A DNA stretch of 64,000 nucleotides from an uncultured Gammaproteobacteria bacterium (lineage in GTDB: Bacteria > Pseudomonadota > Gammaproteobacteria > Chromatiales > Chromatiaceae). The notes under the pieces are model-generated. The model was not told the DNA's origin. It did no database searches and saw only the letters and a list, made by a program, of their open reading frames with translations. The position numbers and the translations under genes are program-made. The stretch's first letter is position 1. Every line of letters starts with the position of its first letter. Location: the NCBI GenBank assembly GCA_963780725.1, contig CAWACV010000001.1, forward strand, positions 2,632,346-2,696,345, written 5' to 3'. This document shows positions 1-10,237 of this stretch, piece after piece.

Positions 1-1197
1 GGGTCGCCGCTCGCCGCGGACGATCAGGTCCGCGCCATGGCTAAGACGGCCGAGGGGCTGGAGCTCTCCCTGATGATCGATCTGGTGATCAACCACTGCG
101 CCGAGGACAGCGCGCTCTGCAAGAGCCACCCCGAGTGGTTCGTCCACGAGAACGGACGCGTGGCCAACCCCTTCTGCATCGAGGACAACGGCACCAAGGT
201 GGTCTGGCGAGACCTGGCCCAATTCGACCACCATCAGGCATTGAGAAAGCCCGATGCCGCGGACGGACTGCTCGCCTATTATGTGCGGATGGTCGAGCAC
301 CTGATCGGGCTCGGCTTCCGCGGCTTCCGCTGCGACGCCGCCTATCAGATCCCCACCGAGCTGTGGCGCAGGCTCATCGAGCGTATCCGCAAGGCCCACC
401 CGGATACGGTCTTCGTCGCCGAGACCTTAGGCTGCACCCCCAACCAAACCCGCGACACCGCCTCGGCCGGCTTCGACGCCATCTTCAACAGTGCCAAGTG
501 GTGGGATTTCCACGGCAACTGGCTCTTGGAGCAATACGAATCCACCCGCCAGATTGCACCCTCTATCGGCTTTCCGGAGAGCCACGACACACGGCGCATG
601 TTCGAGGAATTCGAGGGCAACGTCGATGCGCTGCGCCAGCGCTATCTGTTCACCGCGATGTTCGCGAGCGGCGTGATGATCCCGATGGGATTCGAATACG
701 GATTCCGCAAGCGGCTCGATGTGGTTCACACCACCCCCAACGATTGGGAGCAGCCCAACGTCGACCTCACGGACTTCATCTCGCAAGTCAACGCCATCAA
801 GGACCGCATACCCGCCTTCGCAGGCGAAGGCCGCATCGAGCGGCTCGATCATCCGGACCCGTCCATCCTGGTGCTGCGCAAGCACGCGATCGATGGCCCC
901 GGCCAGGTCTTGTTGGTGCTTAACAAAGACCCCTGGAACCGTCAGTGCTTCTATGTCGATGACCTGTACCGGCTCATTCAGTCCCCCGCCCCGCTGCGCG
1001 ACCTCTCCCCAGACTGGCCCATGGAGCACCTGCCGACCCCGTTCGAGTTCTGGCTCGGTCCCGGCATGGCACGGGTGTTGGTCGCCCCCGAGCCGGAGCG
1101 CGCCGCCGAGCGCCCACCGGAAACCGCGCGACCGCGCGCACGGCGCCAGAGCCCTAGCCAGATCTTCGGCGAACCCGCGGTAGCGCTGGCGTTATAA
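1..1197 (+). CDS. Alpha-amylase family (GH13) glycosyl hydrolase, 5'-truncated by the window edge
   Basis: Frame is open from base 1. GH13 conserved regions DLVINH, GFRCDAAY (nucleophile), AETLG (acid/base) and ESHDT are all present. Confidence 0.85.
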   Translation, partial: GSPLAADDQVRAMAKTAEGLELSLMIDLVINHCAEDSALCKSHPEWFVHENGRVANPFCIEDNGTKVVWRDLAQFDHHQALRKPDAADGLLAYYVRMVEHLIGLGFRGFRCDAAYQIPTELWRRLIERIRKAHPDTVFVAETLGCTPNQTRDTASAGFDAIFNSAKWWDFHGNWLLEQYESTRQIAPSIGFPESHDTRRMFEEFEGNVDALRQRYLFTAMFASGVMIPMGFEYGFRKRLDVVHTTPNDWEQPNVDLTDFISQVNAIKDRIPAFAGEGRIERLDHPDPSILVLRKHAIDGPGQVLLVLNKDPWNRQCFYVDDLYRLIQSPAPLRDLSPDWPMEHLPTPFEFWLGPGMARVLVAPEPERAAERPPETARPRARRQSPSQIFGEPAVALAL

Positions 1198-1709
1198 AGC
1201 TCGGCCGCTTTTGCGGAAGCAGCGGCCGGAGGCCGCTTCCGCATCCGCGACGACCTTGATCGTCGTTCCGGCCTGCGGCCTGGGATCGCCGACATTTCCG
1301 TCGACTAGCCGCCGAGAGGCGGCATGCTCGACGCGCCAACGCGCGTGCCGGGCCACGAAGCCCGGCTCCGGGTCGCTCCGCTGCGCAGGCTGTGCCGACG
1401 CAGGCTCAACTGCCCTGTCCAGATCGGGAACGTAAGACAAAATAGCGAGGTATAACACTTATCCAGTCATGCTGGCGCCTTCCAGCGGTGGCCGGCTACT
1501 CATGGAAGCTTTGCCATATTGACAAAGTAAATACGGTAGACAGCGAGCCGCTGCCGCCGAAACCTCGGCCAGGCATCGGGTTGAGGATTCCGCCTCGCAC
1601 CGACCCGCCCAACGGCACTTTCCCCGACTTTCGCACCGACTGCCCGATCGGGCAAAATCCCCCGCGGAACGCAACAACAACACGCGCTTAAGCGGCAGGG
1701 GGACACGGG

Positions 1710-2852
1710 ATGATCGACGTCGCCTTCTTTCGCAATCTGCCCCGGGCCCTGCCGGGGCTCGCACTCATCGTGCTGACCATGGTCGTTATCCGGCTCTGGA
1801 TCGAGCCCTGGATGACGAATGCGGTGGTCTTCGATCAGAAGGGTTGGCTGATCAAGGTCACCCATCTCAATTACATCCTGCTCGGCATCATCTGCGGGAT
1901 GCTATATCGCAATGTGCTGTTCATGGGGCGCATCCCGGCACTCTTCGAGGACGGATTCAAGCTCTCGCGCCTCATGATCAAGACCGGGATCATTCTGCTG
2001 GGCTCGCTTTATACGGTGCAAGCGATCGTGCAGCTCGGTGCGCTCGCGATCTTTCTGATCGGCGGCTTCGTGATCTTAAGCCTGGTCATGGTGCTGTGGC
2101 TCGGCAAGCTGTTCGGACTCGACCGTTCCATGACCGCGGTGATGGCCAATGCGCTCAGTATCTGCGGGGTCAGCGCAGCGATCGCCACGGCACCGGCAGT
2201 GGAGGCCAAGGCGTCGCATGTCGCCTATGCCATCGCGACCATCCTGGGCTTCGGGATTCTCACCATGTTTATCAGCCCGTTCATCGGGCATGCGCTGGGG
2301 CTCACGGATCTTCAATACGGCGCATGGATCGGGACCGGCATCCTCAACTCGGGTCAGGTGCTGGCCTCCGCGCTCGCATTCAATCCCAACGTGGCGCCGG
2401 GGACTGCGGTCTCGGTGGCCGAGATCTGGAACATCATGCGGGTCATCGCGATCCCCTTCGCGGTCTTCGCGGTCACGCTCTGGTATTGGTCCGGACGGAT
2501 CGCGGAGGACTCGGAGGCCGGGCGCAAGGGGCTCGCGACCCTGCTGGTCGAGCGCTTCCCTCTGTTCGTGCTCGGGTTCCTGGGGATGGTGCTGCTGACC
2601 AGCTTAGGCGCCTTCGGAGAGGTCGGCCTCAAGGGCGGACCGCCGGCCTCCGAGACCATCAAGATGCTGCGTCTATGGATGACCTGGATCTTCGGGTTCG
2701 GTCTGGTGGGGCTGGGTGTCTATATCGATTTCAAGGAGTTGGCTCGGGCCGGGGGTGCGCCACTGAAGCTCGGGTTGATCGTCGGGGTCACCAAGTATGT
2801 GTTGGCCCTGATAGTGGTGCTGCTCATCCGCGACTATCTTGTTTCTATCTAA
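1710..2852 (+). CDS. YeiH/UPF0324 putative sulfate/sulfite exporter family membrane protein
   Basis: About 10 hydrophobic segments; family motifs KTGIILLG and SICGVSAAIATAPAV, plus YGAWIGTGI..SGQV. Confidence 0.8.
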   Translation: MIDVAFFRNLPRALPGLALIVLTMVVIRLWIEPWMTNAVVFDQKGWLIKVTHLNYILLGIICGMLYRNVLFMGRIPALFEDGFKLSRLMIKTGIILLGSLYTVQAIVQLGALAIFLIGGFVILSLVMVLWLGKLFGLDRSMTAVMANALSICGVSAAIATAPAVEAKASHVAYAIATILGFGILTMFISPFIGHALGLTDLQYGAWIGTGILNSGQVLASALAFNPNVAPGTAVSVAEIWNIMRVIAIPFAVFAVTLWYWSGRIAEDSEAGRKGLATLLVERFPLFVLGFLGMVLLTSLGAFGEVGLKGGPPASETIKMLRLWMTWIFGFGLVGLGVYIDFKELARAGGAPLKLGLIVGVTKYVLALIVVLLIRDYLVSI

Positions 2853-2883
2853 GCAAGGGTCGGCATAGAGAGGAGGAGCGACA

Positions 2884-3129
2884 ATGGCCGAAGAGCATAC
2901 CGGCAGCGAGACCATCGGGGCGGCCGGCGAAAAGAGCCGGATGACCCTGTTCCGCGACGACCGTGCCGAGGACTTGGGCGCCATCCTGTTGGCGATCCTG
3001 GTGGTGGCATTAGTCGTGGCGATCACGACCTTCTTCAGAATCACGGCCCCTCAGGTCCAGTCCGTTCCGGCCGCTGCGCCTGCCGCGGCACCGGCACCAG
3101 CGGCAGCACCCGCGCCGGGCCGACCGTGA
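2884..3129 (+). CDS. Small single-pass membrane protein with Ala/Pro-rich tail
   Basis: Strong SD (GAGGAGGAG) upstream; one TM helix (LGAILLAILVVALVVAITTFF); lies between two co-oriented genes. Confidence 0.6.
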   Translation: MAEEHTGSETIGAAGEKSRMTLFRDDRAEDLGAILLAILVVALVVAITTFFRITAPQVQSVPAAAPAAAPAPAAAPAPGRP

Positions 3130-3148
3130 AGGCGGGGATCGGTCGGGC

Positions 3149-3601
3149 ATGAGCTTCCGCCGCATCCTGGTGGCGGTGGACGGCAGCGAGGCCTGCGCCC
3201 CGGCCTTGGAGCAGGCGGTCTGGCTGGCCCGTCAGGGGGAGTCGTCCCTAACTGGTCTGTTCGCGATCGACTCGGGCTGGGCCGATTTCATCGGCAACGA
3301 CTGGCAGTCGTCCGGTGGCGCTCGCCGGGGGTTCCTGGACCATATGGGACGCGAGCAGGAGGGCCAGGCCCAGGCCGCGCGCAGCCAGTTCGAGCAGGCA
3401 GCCGCCGGGCTGCCGGGGGCGGTCTTCCGGGTGCTGACCGGGGACCCGGTGACTGTGCTCTTAAACGCGCTCGATCGGCCGGAGACCGGGCTCCTGGTCT
3501 TCGGCCGTCGGACCTTCCAGGTCAGCGGCCGGCCAAGCCTCAAAGGCGCAGCGGCGACCCTGGCGAAACACTGTCAGGGTGCGCTTCTGCTCCTGCCTTG
3601 A
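3149..3601 (+). CDS. Universal stress protein (Usp domain)
   Basis: N-terminal FRRILVAVDGSE motif, ~150 aa, Usp-like C-terminus (LAKHCQGALLLLP). Confidence 0.85.
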   Translation: MSFRRILVAVDGSEACAPALEQAVWLARQGESSLTGLFAIDSGWADFIGNDWQSSGGARRGFLDHMGREQEGQAQAARSQFEQAAAGLPGAVFRVLTGDPVTVLLNALDRPETGLLVFGRRTFQVSGRPSLKGAAATLAKHCQGALLLLP

Positions 3602-3627
3602 GATCCTGGCCTTGATCCTGAGCGGAA

Positions 3628-4836
3628 TCATTCGGCCGGCACCTCCATGACCCGCCCCCGCGCGCTCTTCAGGTCCATCTCCGGTCCAGGTCCGCTGCGG
3701 GTTTGGAGCCGGATGTCTCCGGTGCCAACCCGAACCTCCACCCGGTCCCATTGGCCCGGGTCCAGTCCGACCACCAGACGGGTGTCGCGCTCGGTAAAGA
3801 CCCCGATGTGCGCAAGGCTCAAGGCAACCGCACCAGGCTGACCGCCCAGTGTCTGCTCCACACGGCTCGTGGGCAGACCGAAGCCCCGCGCCTCCAGCTT
3901 CAGAGTCGCCCGTGCCGCACCCCCGACCCAATAGAGGATCAGGTCGGCCCGATCCGCAGCGATGCGCAGGACCCGCGGATCGCCCGGAAACTCCCCGACG
4001 CGGATGACCTCCCGGTGGTTCTGGTTGACCGGGGTGGCCAGGAGCACCGCGCCGAGCATCGCGAGGGCGAGCGCCCCATAGCCCAGACCCGCAAGCCAGG
4101 GGCGCCGCAATGGCTGCCTGCCCGGCCTGGGGCTTAAGGCCATCTCCGACTCCCGCCGCGGGATGCGCAAGACCCCGTAATAGAGGATCAGGGCCACCCC
4201 GTAGGCAAAGACCGCGGACCAGATCACGTCCGACAGGAAATGATCCCCCGCTGCCATGCGCCCGACGCCGAGCAGGCTGCCCAGGACGATTGCCCCGGCC
4301 AGGGCCGTCCAGGCAAGCCGGGGACGTCGCCGTCGCCAGATCAGGAAGAACACCCCGAGCATGAAACCCACCGAGCTGTGTCCGCTGGGGAACGACTTGC
4401 CCTTGCCCGGCTCCCCGGGCATCAGCGGCGGCAGGTATTCCCGAGCACCGCCTAGGTCCACGACCTGGTGCGGTCGCGGACGTCCCCACTGGTCCTTGAC
4501 GATCCCGTTGACGAGGAGCCCGGGGCCGAGCAATGCCGCAAGCACGACCAGCCAGGCATAGGGCCGCAGTCGGTGCATCCCCGCCCACAACCGGCCGACC
4601 GCTAAGATCGACAGCCCCCCCAGCAACACGACGCCCATGATCAGGGGTGCAGCCACATACAGGGAAGACCACAGTGGCCACTCCCCGGCGCCCCAGGGGT
4701 TGTCCGATTCGGGGCGATAGAAAAGCCCGGCGGCCCACAAGTCGAGATGGGTCAGCCAGAAAGGGACAGTGCCGAGCAGTGCGACGAGGAGGAGCAACTG
4801 CGCCTGGGGGAGCCATTCTGGGCGGGAGATCTGCAT
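3628..4836 (-). CDS. PAP2 family membrane phosphatase with C-terminal extracytoplasmic extension
   Basis: PAP2 motifs C1 KDQWGRPRP, C2 SFPSGH and C3 GRMAAGDHFLSDV; multiple TM segments. Confidence 0.85.
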   Translation of the reverse strand: MQISRPEWLPQAQLLLLVALLGTVPFWLTHLDLWAAGLFYRPESDNPWGAGEWPLWSSLYVAAPLIMGVVLLGGLSILAVGRLWAGMHRLRPYAWLVVLAALLGPGLLVNGIVKDQWGRPRPHQVVDLGGAREYLPPLMPGEPGKGKSFPSGHSSVGFMLGVFFLIWRRRRPRLAWTALAGAIVLGSLLGVGRMAAGDHFLSDVIWSAVFAYGVALILYYGVLRIPRRESEMALSPRPGRQPLRRPWLAGLGYGALALAMLGAVLLATPVNQNHREVIRVGEFPGDPRVLRIAADRADLILYWVGGAARATLKLEARGFGLPTSRVEQTLGGQPGAVALSLAHIGVFTERDTRLVVGLDPGQWDRVEVRVGTGDIRLQTRSGPGPEMDLKSARGRVMEVPAE

Positions 4837-5024
4837 GGGTGTCGTTAGCGGTCAGGGGTCGGAAAGCAGTTGCGACGATATCCAACCGCCGAACCGGAAA
4901 AATATATTGCTATTTTATAAAATTCTAATATACTGATCTTCAACGTAGCCGATCGGCCCTTACCGGAACCGAAACCGCTGCCGAGATTCTGAACCCGACT
5001 TGATAACCCTCTGGAGATTTTCTC

Positions 5025-5426
5025 ATGCATGCCTTCGTTAAGACTGCCGCTGCCGCTGCACTGATCGCCGTGTCCGCCTCCGCCTCCGCCTGGTGGGGCG
5101 GCCCCATGGGCAACATGGCAGACGATTTCTTCGGCCAGGGGGACGGGGACGGCTACGGCTCCGGCGACTTCAACATGAGTATGAACGCCAGCGGCAGCGG
5201 GCACGGCCGCGGGTACGGCCGCGGCTACAACCAGGTGTCCAACAACTACGGCTACGGCTATGCCCCTTACTACGCCCCCTACGGCTACGGCTACCCCCAG
5301 GCACCGGTCGGCATGGTCGCCCCCGGTTATCCCCAGGCGCCGGTCGGCATAGTGCCCCCCGGGTATCCCCAGGCGCCGGCTGCCCCGGTCTATCCGCAAG
5401 CCCCGGCCGCCGAGGCTGCCCGCTAA
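5025..5426 (+). CDS. Sulfur globule envelope protein (SgpA/SgpB-like)
   Basis: Signal peptide ending ASA followed by WWGGP; [15 protein letters not shown] and GYGRGY motifs; Gly/Tyr/Pro-rich composition typical of Chromatiaceae Sgp proteins. Confidence 0.8.
   Translation: MHAFVKTAAAAALIAVSASASAWWGGPMGNMADDFFGQGDGDGYGSGDFNMSMNASGSGHGRGYGRGYNQVSNNYGYGYAPYYAPYGYGYPQAPVGMVAPGYPQAPVGIVPPGYPQAPAAPVYPQAPAAEAAR
5289..5409 (+). repeat. Intragenic ~36-bp tandem repeat encoding GYPQAPVG-x-V-x-P units
   Basis: Units start at 5289, 5325 and 5361, followed by a degenerate fourth YPQAP. Confidence 0.8.
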
Positions 5427-5490
5427 AGGATCGAGCCTTGGCGTCCCGGTCACCCGGAACGCCAAGTCCCATGCGCCACGGACGCGCCAC

Positions 5491-5520
5491 AGGCCCAGAC
5501 CGTCACGGTCTGGGCCTTTT
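5491..5520 (+). terminator. Rho-independent terminator between convergent sgp and ribE
   Basis: AGGCCCAGACCG-tca-CGGTCTGGGCCT followed by T residues. Confidence 0.8.
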
Positions 5521-5530
5521 CATTGGAGAC

Positions 5531-6190
5531 TCAGCGCACGAACCCGTGCTCGGCCAGATACTCCATGGTGATCCCACCCGACTTGGGCTGTGCGGCCCGC
5601 TCGCCCAAGAGCAGGCGCTCCAGGTAACGGGCGATCAGGTCCACCTCCAGATTGACCCGGCTACCCGGCCGATAGCCGACGATCGCGGTTTCGTCCAGGG
5701 TGTGGGGGACGATGTTGAGATCGAAGACCGCACCGTCCACGCCATTGACGGTCAGGCTCACCCCGTCCACGCAGATCGAGCCCTTGTGGGCGATATAGCG
5801 TGCCAGCTCTGCGGGCGCCTCGATACGCAGGCGCCAGGAGCGGGCGTCCTCGCGCCGCTCCAGGACCCGCCCCACCCCGTCCACATGGCCGCTCACCAGA
5901 TGTCCGCCGAGCGGCGTGGAGAGTGTGAGTGCCTTTTCCAGGTTGACTGGGCTCCCGGGGGTCAGGTCGCCCAAAGTAGTGAGCGAGAGGGTCTCTCGGG
6001 AGACGTCGGCAGAGAAACCGTCCGCGGCCAGCGCCACCGCAGTGAGACAGACCCCGTTGACCGCGATGCTGTCGCCGAGTGACGCGTCGGCCAGCGGCAG
6101 CTTGCCGGTGCCGATGACGATCCGCACATCCCCGCCGCGGGGCTCTAAGCGGCGGATCTCGCCGACCGATTGGATGATGCCGGTGAACAT
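5531..6190 (-). CDS. ribE: Riboflavin synthase alpha chain
   Basis: Begins MFTGIIQ at 6190; GDSIAVNGVCLT, GGHLVSGHVDG and VNLEVD motifs. Confidence 0.95.
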   Translation of the reverse strand: MFTGIIQSVGEIRRLEPRGGDVRIVIGTGKLPLADASLGDSIAVNGVCLTAVALAADGFSADVSRETLSLTTLGDLTPGSPVNLEKALTLSTPLGGHLVSGHVDGVGRVLERREDARSWRLRIEAPAELARYIAHKGSICVDGVSLTVNGVDGAVFDLNIVPHTLDETAIVGYRPGSRVNLEVDLIARYLERLLLGERAAQPKSGGITMEYLAEHGFVR

Positions 6191-6276
6191 TCGAGCCTCG
6201 CAAAAAAGACTTGTGAGCCAGAATCCTAAGAGTCTCACGCCAAGGCGCCAAGAAGAATGGGCATGACGGCTTGCCG

Positions 6277-7416
6277 CTAACCGCCTGCGCCCGATGGCGA
6301 CCGGGGTCGCAGCCGCAGCCGCAGATCCGGCCCGATCCGCCGCACCTCTTGGATGCTCAAAGGGATACGTTGCTCCATGCGCTCGAGTCCGGGGAGTGCA
6401 AAGAGCCCGAGCCCGCCTTCGCCCATCAGGTGCGGGGCCAGATACAGGATCAGCTCGTCCACCAGGCCGGCGGCCAGCGCTGCACCGGCCAGGGTGTGGC
6501 CGGTCTCCCACAGGACCTCGTTGATCCCTTCTGCGGCCAGTCGGCGCAGGAGTGCGTCTAGGTCCACCCGGCCCCGATCCTGCGGCAGCTCCATGGTCCG
6601 CGCCCCGGCGGCGTGGAGGGCCGCCATCAGGGCGGGGTCGGCACCCGGGAGATGGGCAATGCGGGTCTCCCCGGGCAGGGTCAGCAGGCGGGCGTGGGCC
6701 GGGGTGCGCAGTCGGCCGTCGAGCACCACACGCAGCGGTTGGCGCACCGGCTCGCCGGGCTCCATCCCGGGCAGCTCGGCGGCAGTCAGGCGCACGTTGA
6801 GCGAAGGGTCGTCGGCCAGGACGGTGTCGACCCCGGTAAGGATGGCGCAGGAGCGGGCGCGCAGTCGTTGTACGTCGCCCCGGGAGGCGTCCGAGCTGAT
6901 CCAGCGGCTCTCGCCGCTGCCCATGGCGGTGCGTCCGTCCAGGCTGGCGGCAAGCTTACAGCGGCACCAGGGCAGGCCCTGCTCCATGCGCTTGACAAAT
7001 CCAGGATTGAGCGCACGCGCCTGGGCCTCCAGCAGACCCGATTCGGCCGCGATCCCGGCCGCGCGCAGACGTTCGAGCCCCTTGCCGGCCACCAGCGGAT
7101 TGGGGTCCACCATGGCGGCGACCACCCGCGACACCCCCGCGGCGATCAGTGCATCGGCACAGGGGGGCGTGCGCCCGAAGTGGGCGCAGGGCTCCAGGGT
7201 GACATAGGCCGTGGCCCCGCGCGAGCGCTCGCCGGCGGCGGCCAGCGCGATGCGCTCGGCATGGGGCTCCCCGGCGCGCCGGTGCCAACCCTCGCCGACG
7301 ATGGCGCCGTCGCGCACCAGGACGCAGCCCACCCGAGGGTTGGGGTTAGCGGTGTAGAGGCCCAGGCGTGCGAGCCGCAAGGCCCGCGCTATGAGCGCCG
7401 CATCCGCCGCGCTCAC
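6277..7416 (-). CDS. ribD: Bifunctional diaminohydroxyphosphoribosylaminopyrimidine deaminase/reductase
   Basis: [11 protein letters not shown] and [14 protein letters not shown] deaminase motifs; KLAASLDG reductase domain. Confidence 0.95.
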   Translation of the reverse strand: MSAADAALIARALRLARLGLYTANPNPRVGCVLVRDGAIVGEGWHRRAGEPHAERIALAAAGERSRGATAYVTLEPCAHFGRTPPCADALIAAGVSRVVAAMVDPNPLVAGKGLERLRAAGIAAESGLLEAQARALNPGFVKRMEQGLPWCRCKLAASLDGRTAMGSGESRWISSDASRGDVQRLRARSCAILTGVDTVLADDPSLNVRLTAAELPGMEPGEPVRQPLRVVLDGRLRTPAHARLLTLPGETRIAHLPGADPALMAALHAAGARTMELPQDRGRVDLDALLRRLAAEGINEVLWETGHTLAGAALAAGLVDELILYLAPHLMGEGGLGLFALPGLERMEQRIPLSIQEVRRIGPDLRLRLRPRSPSGAGG

Positions 7417-7928
7417 TTGGGCTTGAGCCCCAGGGGCTCCAGCAGATCGAGCTGTTGGCGTTTGGCCTCGGGGCTGGGCTGGCGCTCCAGCCGGTCGATC
7501 TCCTCGCGGAAGGCGGCCACGTCCTCAAACTTGCGATAGACAGACGCGAAGCGGACATAGGCGACCTGGTCCAGGTTACGCAGCTCTTCCATCACCAGCT
7601 CGCCCAGCTGGCGCGACGGCACCTCCCCTTCCCCGCTCGACATGAGCCGGCGCTGGATACGCGCCAGGGCCGCGTCGACCTGCTCGGTGCTGACCGGACG
7701 CTTTTCCAGTGCCCGGGCCATGCCGTTCCGGAGCTTGCGCCCGTCGAAGGGCACCCGGCTGCCATCGCGCTTGACGATGCGCGGCAGGTTCAGCTCCGGG
7801 GTCTCGAAGGTGGTAAAGCGCTCCTTGCACACCACGCACTTGCGGCGCCGACGCACCTGGTCGCCATCCCCCGCCAGGCGGGAGTCGACGACCTTGGTGT
7901 CCTCTGCGCCGCAGAAGGGACAGCGCAT
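7413..7928 (-). CDS. nrdR: Transcriptional repressor NrdR
   Basis: MRCPFC, VRRRRKC..C.ERFTTFE, ATP cone and AYVRFASVY. Confidence 0.97.
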   Translation of the reverse strand: MRCPFCGAEDTKVVDSRLAGDGDQVRRRRKCVVCKERFTTFETPELNLPRIVKRDGSRVPFDGRKLRNGMARALEKRPVSTEQVDAALARIQRRLMSSGEGEVPSRQLGELVMEELRNLDQVAYVRFASVYRKFEDVAAFREEIDRLERQPSPEAKRQQLDLLEPLGLKPK

Positions 7929-7929
7929 C

Positions 7930-9186
7930 TCAGTGCTGGTAGACCGGGAACCGCCGGCACAGGTCCAGCACCAACCCCTTGGCGGTCGCGATGGCCGCCG
8001 CGTCGCCGCGGGCGTCGATCACGTCGCACATCCAGCCCGCGATGTCCCGCGCCTCGGCCAGTCCGCAGCCGCGGGTGGTGATGGCCGGAGTGCCGACCCG
8101 GATGCCGCTGGTGACGAAGGGAGACTGGGGGTCGTTGGGGACGGAGTTTTTGTTCACTGTCATGTTGGCGGCCCCGAGCCAGGCGTCCACGTCCTTGCCG
8201 GTGAGACCCTGACCGATGAAGCTCACCAGGAACAGGTGATCGTCGGTGCCGCCGGAGACCACGTCGTAGCCGCGGGAGAGGAAGACCTCCGCCATGGCCT
8301 GGGCGTTCAGGACCACCTGGCGCTGATATTCCTTGAAGGACGGCTCCAGTGCCTCTTTGAAGGCGACTGCCTTGGCGGCGATGACATGCATCAAGGGCCC
8401 GCCCTGGATGCCAGGGAAGACCAGGGAGTTGAGCTTCTTCTCGATCTCCGGGTTGGACTTGGCCAGGATCAGGCCGCCGCGGGGGCCGCGGAGCGTCTTG
8501 TGGGTGGTCGTGGTGGTGACATCGGCGATCCGGACCGGGCTCGGGTAGACCCCGGCCGCCACCAGACCGGCCACATGGGCCATGTCGACGAACAGATAGG
8601 CGCCCACCGAGTCCGCAATGGCCCGGAAGCGTGCCCAATCCACCACCCGGGAATAGGCCGAGAATCCGGCGACGATCATGCGCGGCTTGTGCTCCAGGGC
8701 CAGTCGTTCGACCTCGTCGTAATCGATCTCCCCAGTGGACGGGTTCAGTCCGTACTGGATGGCGTTATACAGCTTGCCGGAGAAGTTGGGCTTGGCCCCA
8801 TGGGTCAGGTGTCCGCCGTGAGCCAGACTCATGCCGAGCACCGTGTCGTACGGGTTGCACAGGGCCATGTAGACAGCCGCGTTGGCCTGGGAGCCGGAGT
8901 GTGGCTGGACATTGGCATAGTCCGCCCCGAAGAGCTGCTTGGCCCGGTCGATGGCGAGGCGCTCGGCAACGTCCACGAACTCGCAGCCGCCGTAATAGCG
9001 CTTGCCGGGGTAGCCCTCGGCGTATTTATTGGTCATGAGCCCGCCCTGGGCCTCCATGACCCGGGGGCTCGCATAATTCTCCGAGGCGATCAGCTCGATA
9101 TGCTCTTCCTGGCGACGCTCCTCGCCCTCGATGGCAACCCAAAGCTCCGGGTCGAAGTCGCGGATCTGCATGGTGTTCGGAAACAT
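7930..9186 (-). CDS. glyA: Serine hydroxymethyltransferase
   Basis: [24 protein letters not shown] lysine motif [14 protein letters not shown]. Confidence 0.98.
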   Translation of the reverse strand: MFPNTMQIRDFDPELWVAIEGEERRQEEHIELIASENYASPRVMEAQGGLMTNKYAEGYPGKRYYGGCEFVDVAERLAIDRAKQLFGADYANVQPHSGSQANAAVYMALCNPYDTVLGMSLAHGGHLTHGAKPNFSGKLYNAIQYGLNPSTGEIDYDEVERLALEHKPRMIVAGFSAYSRVVDWARFRAIADSVGAYLFVDMAHVAGLVAAGVYPSPVRIADVTTTTTHKTLRGPRGGLILAKSNPEIEKKLNSLVFPGIQGGPLMHVIAAKAVAFKEALEPSFKEYQRQVVLNAQAMAEVFLSRGYDVVSGGTDDHLFLVSFIGQGLTGKDVDAWLGAANMTVNKNSVPNDPQSPFVTSGIRVGTPAITTRGCGLAEARDIAGWMCDVIDARGDAAAIATAKGLVLDLCRRFPVYQH

Positions 9187-9386
9187 CTGGATTCCCCTGA
9201 AGGAGACGGAAAACCGGCAAGTTTAATCGGTTTCGTGCGCGGCCGCTCGGGTTCGCGCCGCGCAAGGACTCCCCGGACCCCAACCCGCCGCACCTGCGGG
9301 CGGCCCAACCGCTTGGCCCGTAGACCCCAGAGCTATCTGGATTTTTCCCTTTAAACAACCCTATCTACCTGTATGTAAATAGAAAA

Positions 9387-9416
9387 CTTGCCACTCGCCA
9401 CTCGCCACTCGCCACT
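9387..9416 (+). repeat. Heptamer tandem repeat (CTCGCCA)n in the glyA/ubiG divergent intergenic region
   Basis: CTTGCCA followed by three CTCGCCA units. Confidence 0.9.
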
Positions 9417-9431
9417 TGATCGGTATAGAAT
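9402..9431 (+). promoter_or_regulatory. Putative sigma-70 promoter of ubiG (-35 TCGCCA within the repeat, -10 TAGAAT)
   Basis: TAGAAT at 9426-9431 lies 18 bp after TCGCCA at 9402-9407; TTGCCA sits two repeat units further upstream. Confidence 0.45.
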
Positions 9432-9487
9432 GAGGAATTGCCCCATCTACCGGGGTACCCAGGTCAACCCCAGGCTGGACTAACCCC

Positions 9488-10237
9488 ATGCGCGAGCCCT
9501 TATACCCGTTCGACCACACCGACGCGGGTCAAACCAACGCGGATCCCCACGAGATCGGCAAGTTCGAGGAGCTCGCCTCCCGCTGGTGGGACCCCGAGAG
9601 CGAGCTCAAAACGCTCCACGATATCAACCCATTGCGTCTAGATTATATCGAGCGCGCCGGACCGCTCGCGGGGCGCGAGGTGCTCGACGTGGGCTGCGGA
9701 GGGGGCATCCTATCCGAGGGGATGGCGCTGCGCGGCGCCCGAGTGATGGGCATCGACATGGGGTCCATGCCGCTGCGGGTGGCGGAGCTGCATACCCTCG
9801 AGAGCGGGGTCTTGGTGGACTACCGGCGGGTCTCTGTGGAGACACTGGCGGGGGAGCGCCCGGCGAGCTTCGATGCGGTCACCTGCATGGAGATGCTGGA
9901 GCACGTCCCCAACCCGGCCTCGGTGGTGGACGCCTGCGCCCGGCTGGTGCGTCCAGGCGGACGGGTCTTCTTCTCCACCCTGAATCGCAACCCCAAGTCC
10001 TATGTGCTCGCCATCCTGGGTGCCGAGTACATACTCGGGCTACTGCCGCGCGGCACCCATGACTTCTCCCGATTCATCCGCCCCTCGGAGCTGGACCGCT
10101 GGGCGCGCACCGCCGGCTTGCGCACCGTCGATATGACGGGGCTCTCCTATAACCCGCTCGACCGGACCTACCGGCTGGCCCCCCGGGACCTGGACGTGAA
10201 CTACCTGGCCACCTGCGTACGCGATGGGGGGGACTGA
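9488..10237 (+). CDS. ubiG: Ubiquinone biosynthesis O-methyltransferase
   Basis: [45 protein letters not shown] and LPRGTHD. Confidence 0.95.
   Translation: MREPLYPFDHTDAGQTNADPHEIGKFEELASRWWDPESELKTLHDINPLRLDYIERAGPLAGREVLDVGCGGGILSEGMALRGARVMGIDMGSMPLRVAELHTLESGVLVDYRRVSVETLAGERPASFDAVTCMEMLEHVPNPASVVDACARLVRPGGRVFFSTLNRNPKSYVLAILGAEYILGLLPRGTHDFSRFIRPSELDRWARTAGLRTVDMTGLSYNPLDRTYRLAPRDLDVNYLATCVRDGGD

Noticed and set aside
7642-9354. Long antisense ORFs (also 3461-4885, 50551-52128, 52076-53296, 54912-56285, 56837-58480)
   Set aside because: Shadow frames of high-GC genes on the opposite strand, with no recognisable motifs.
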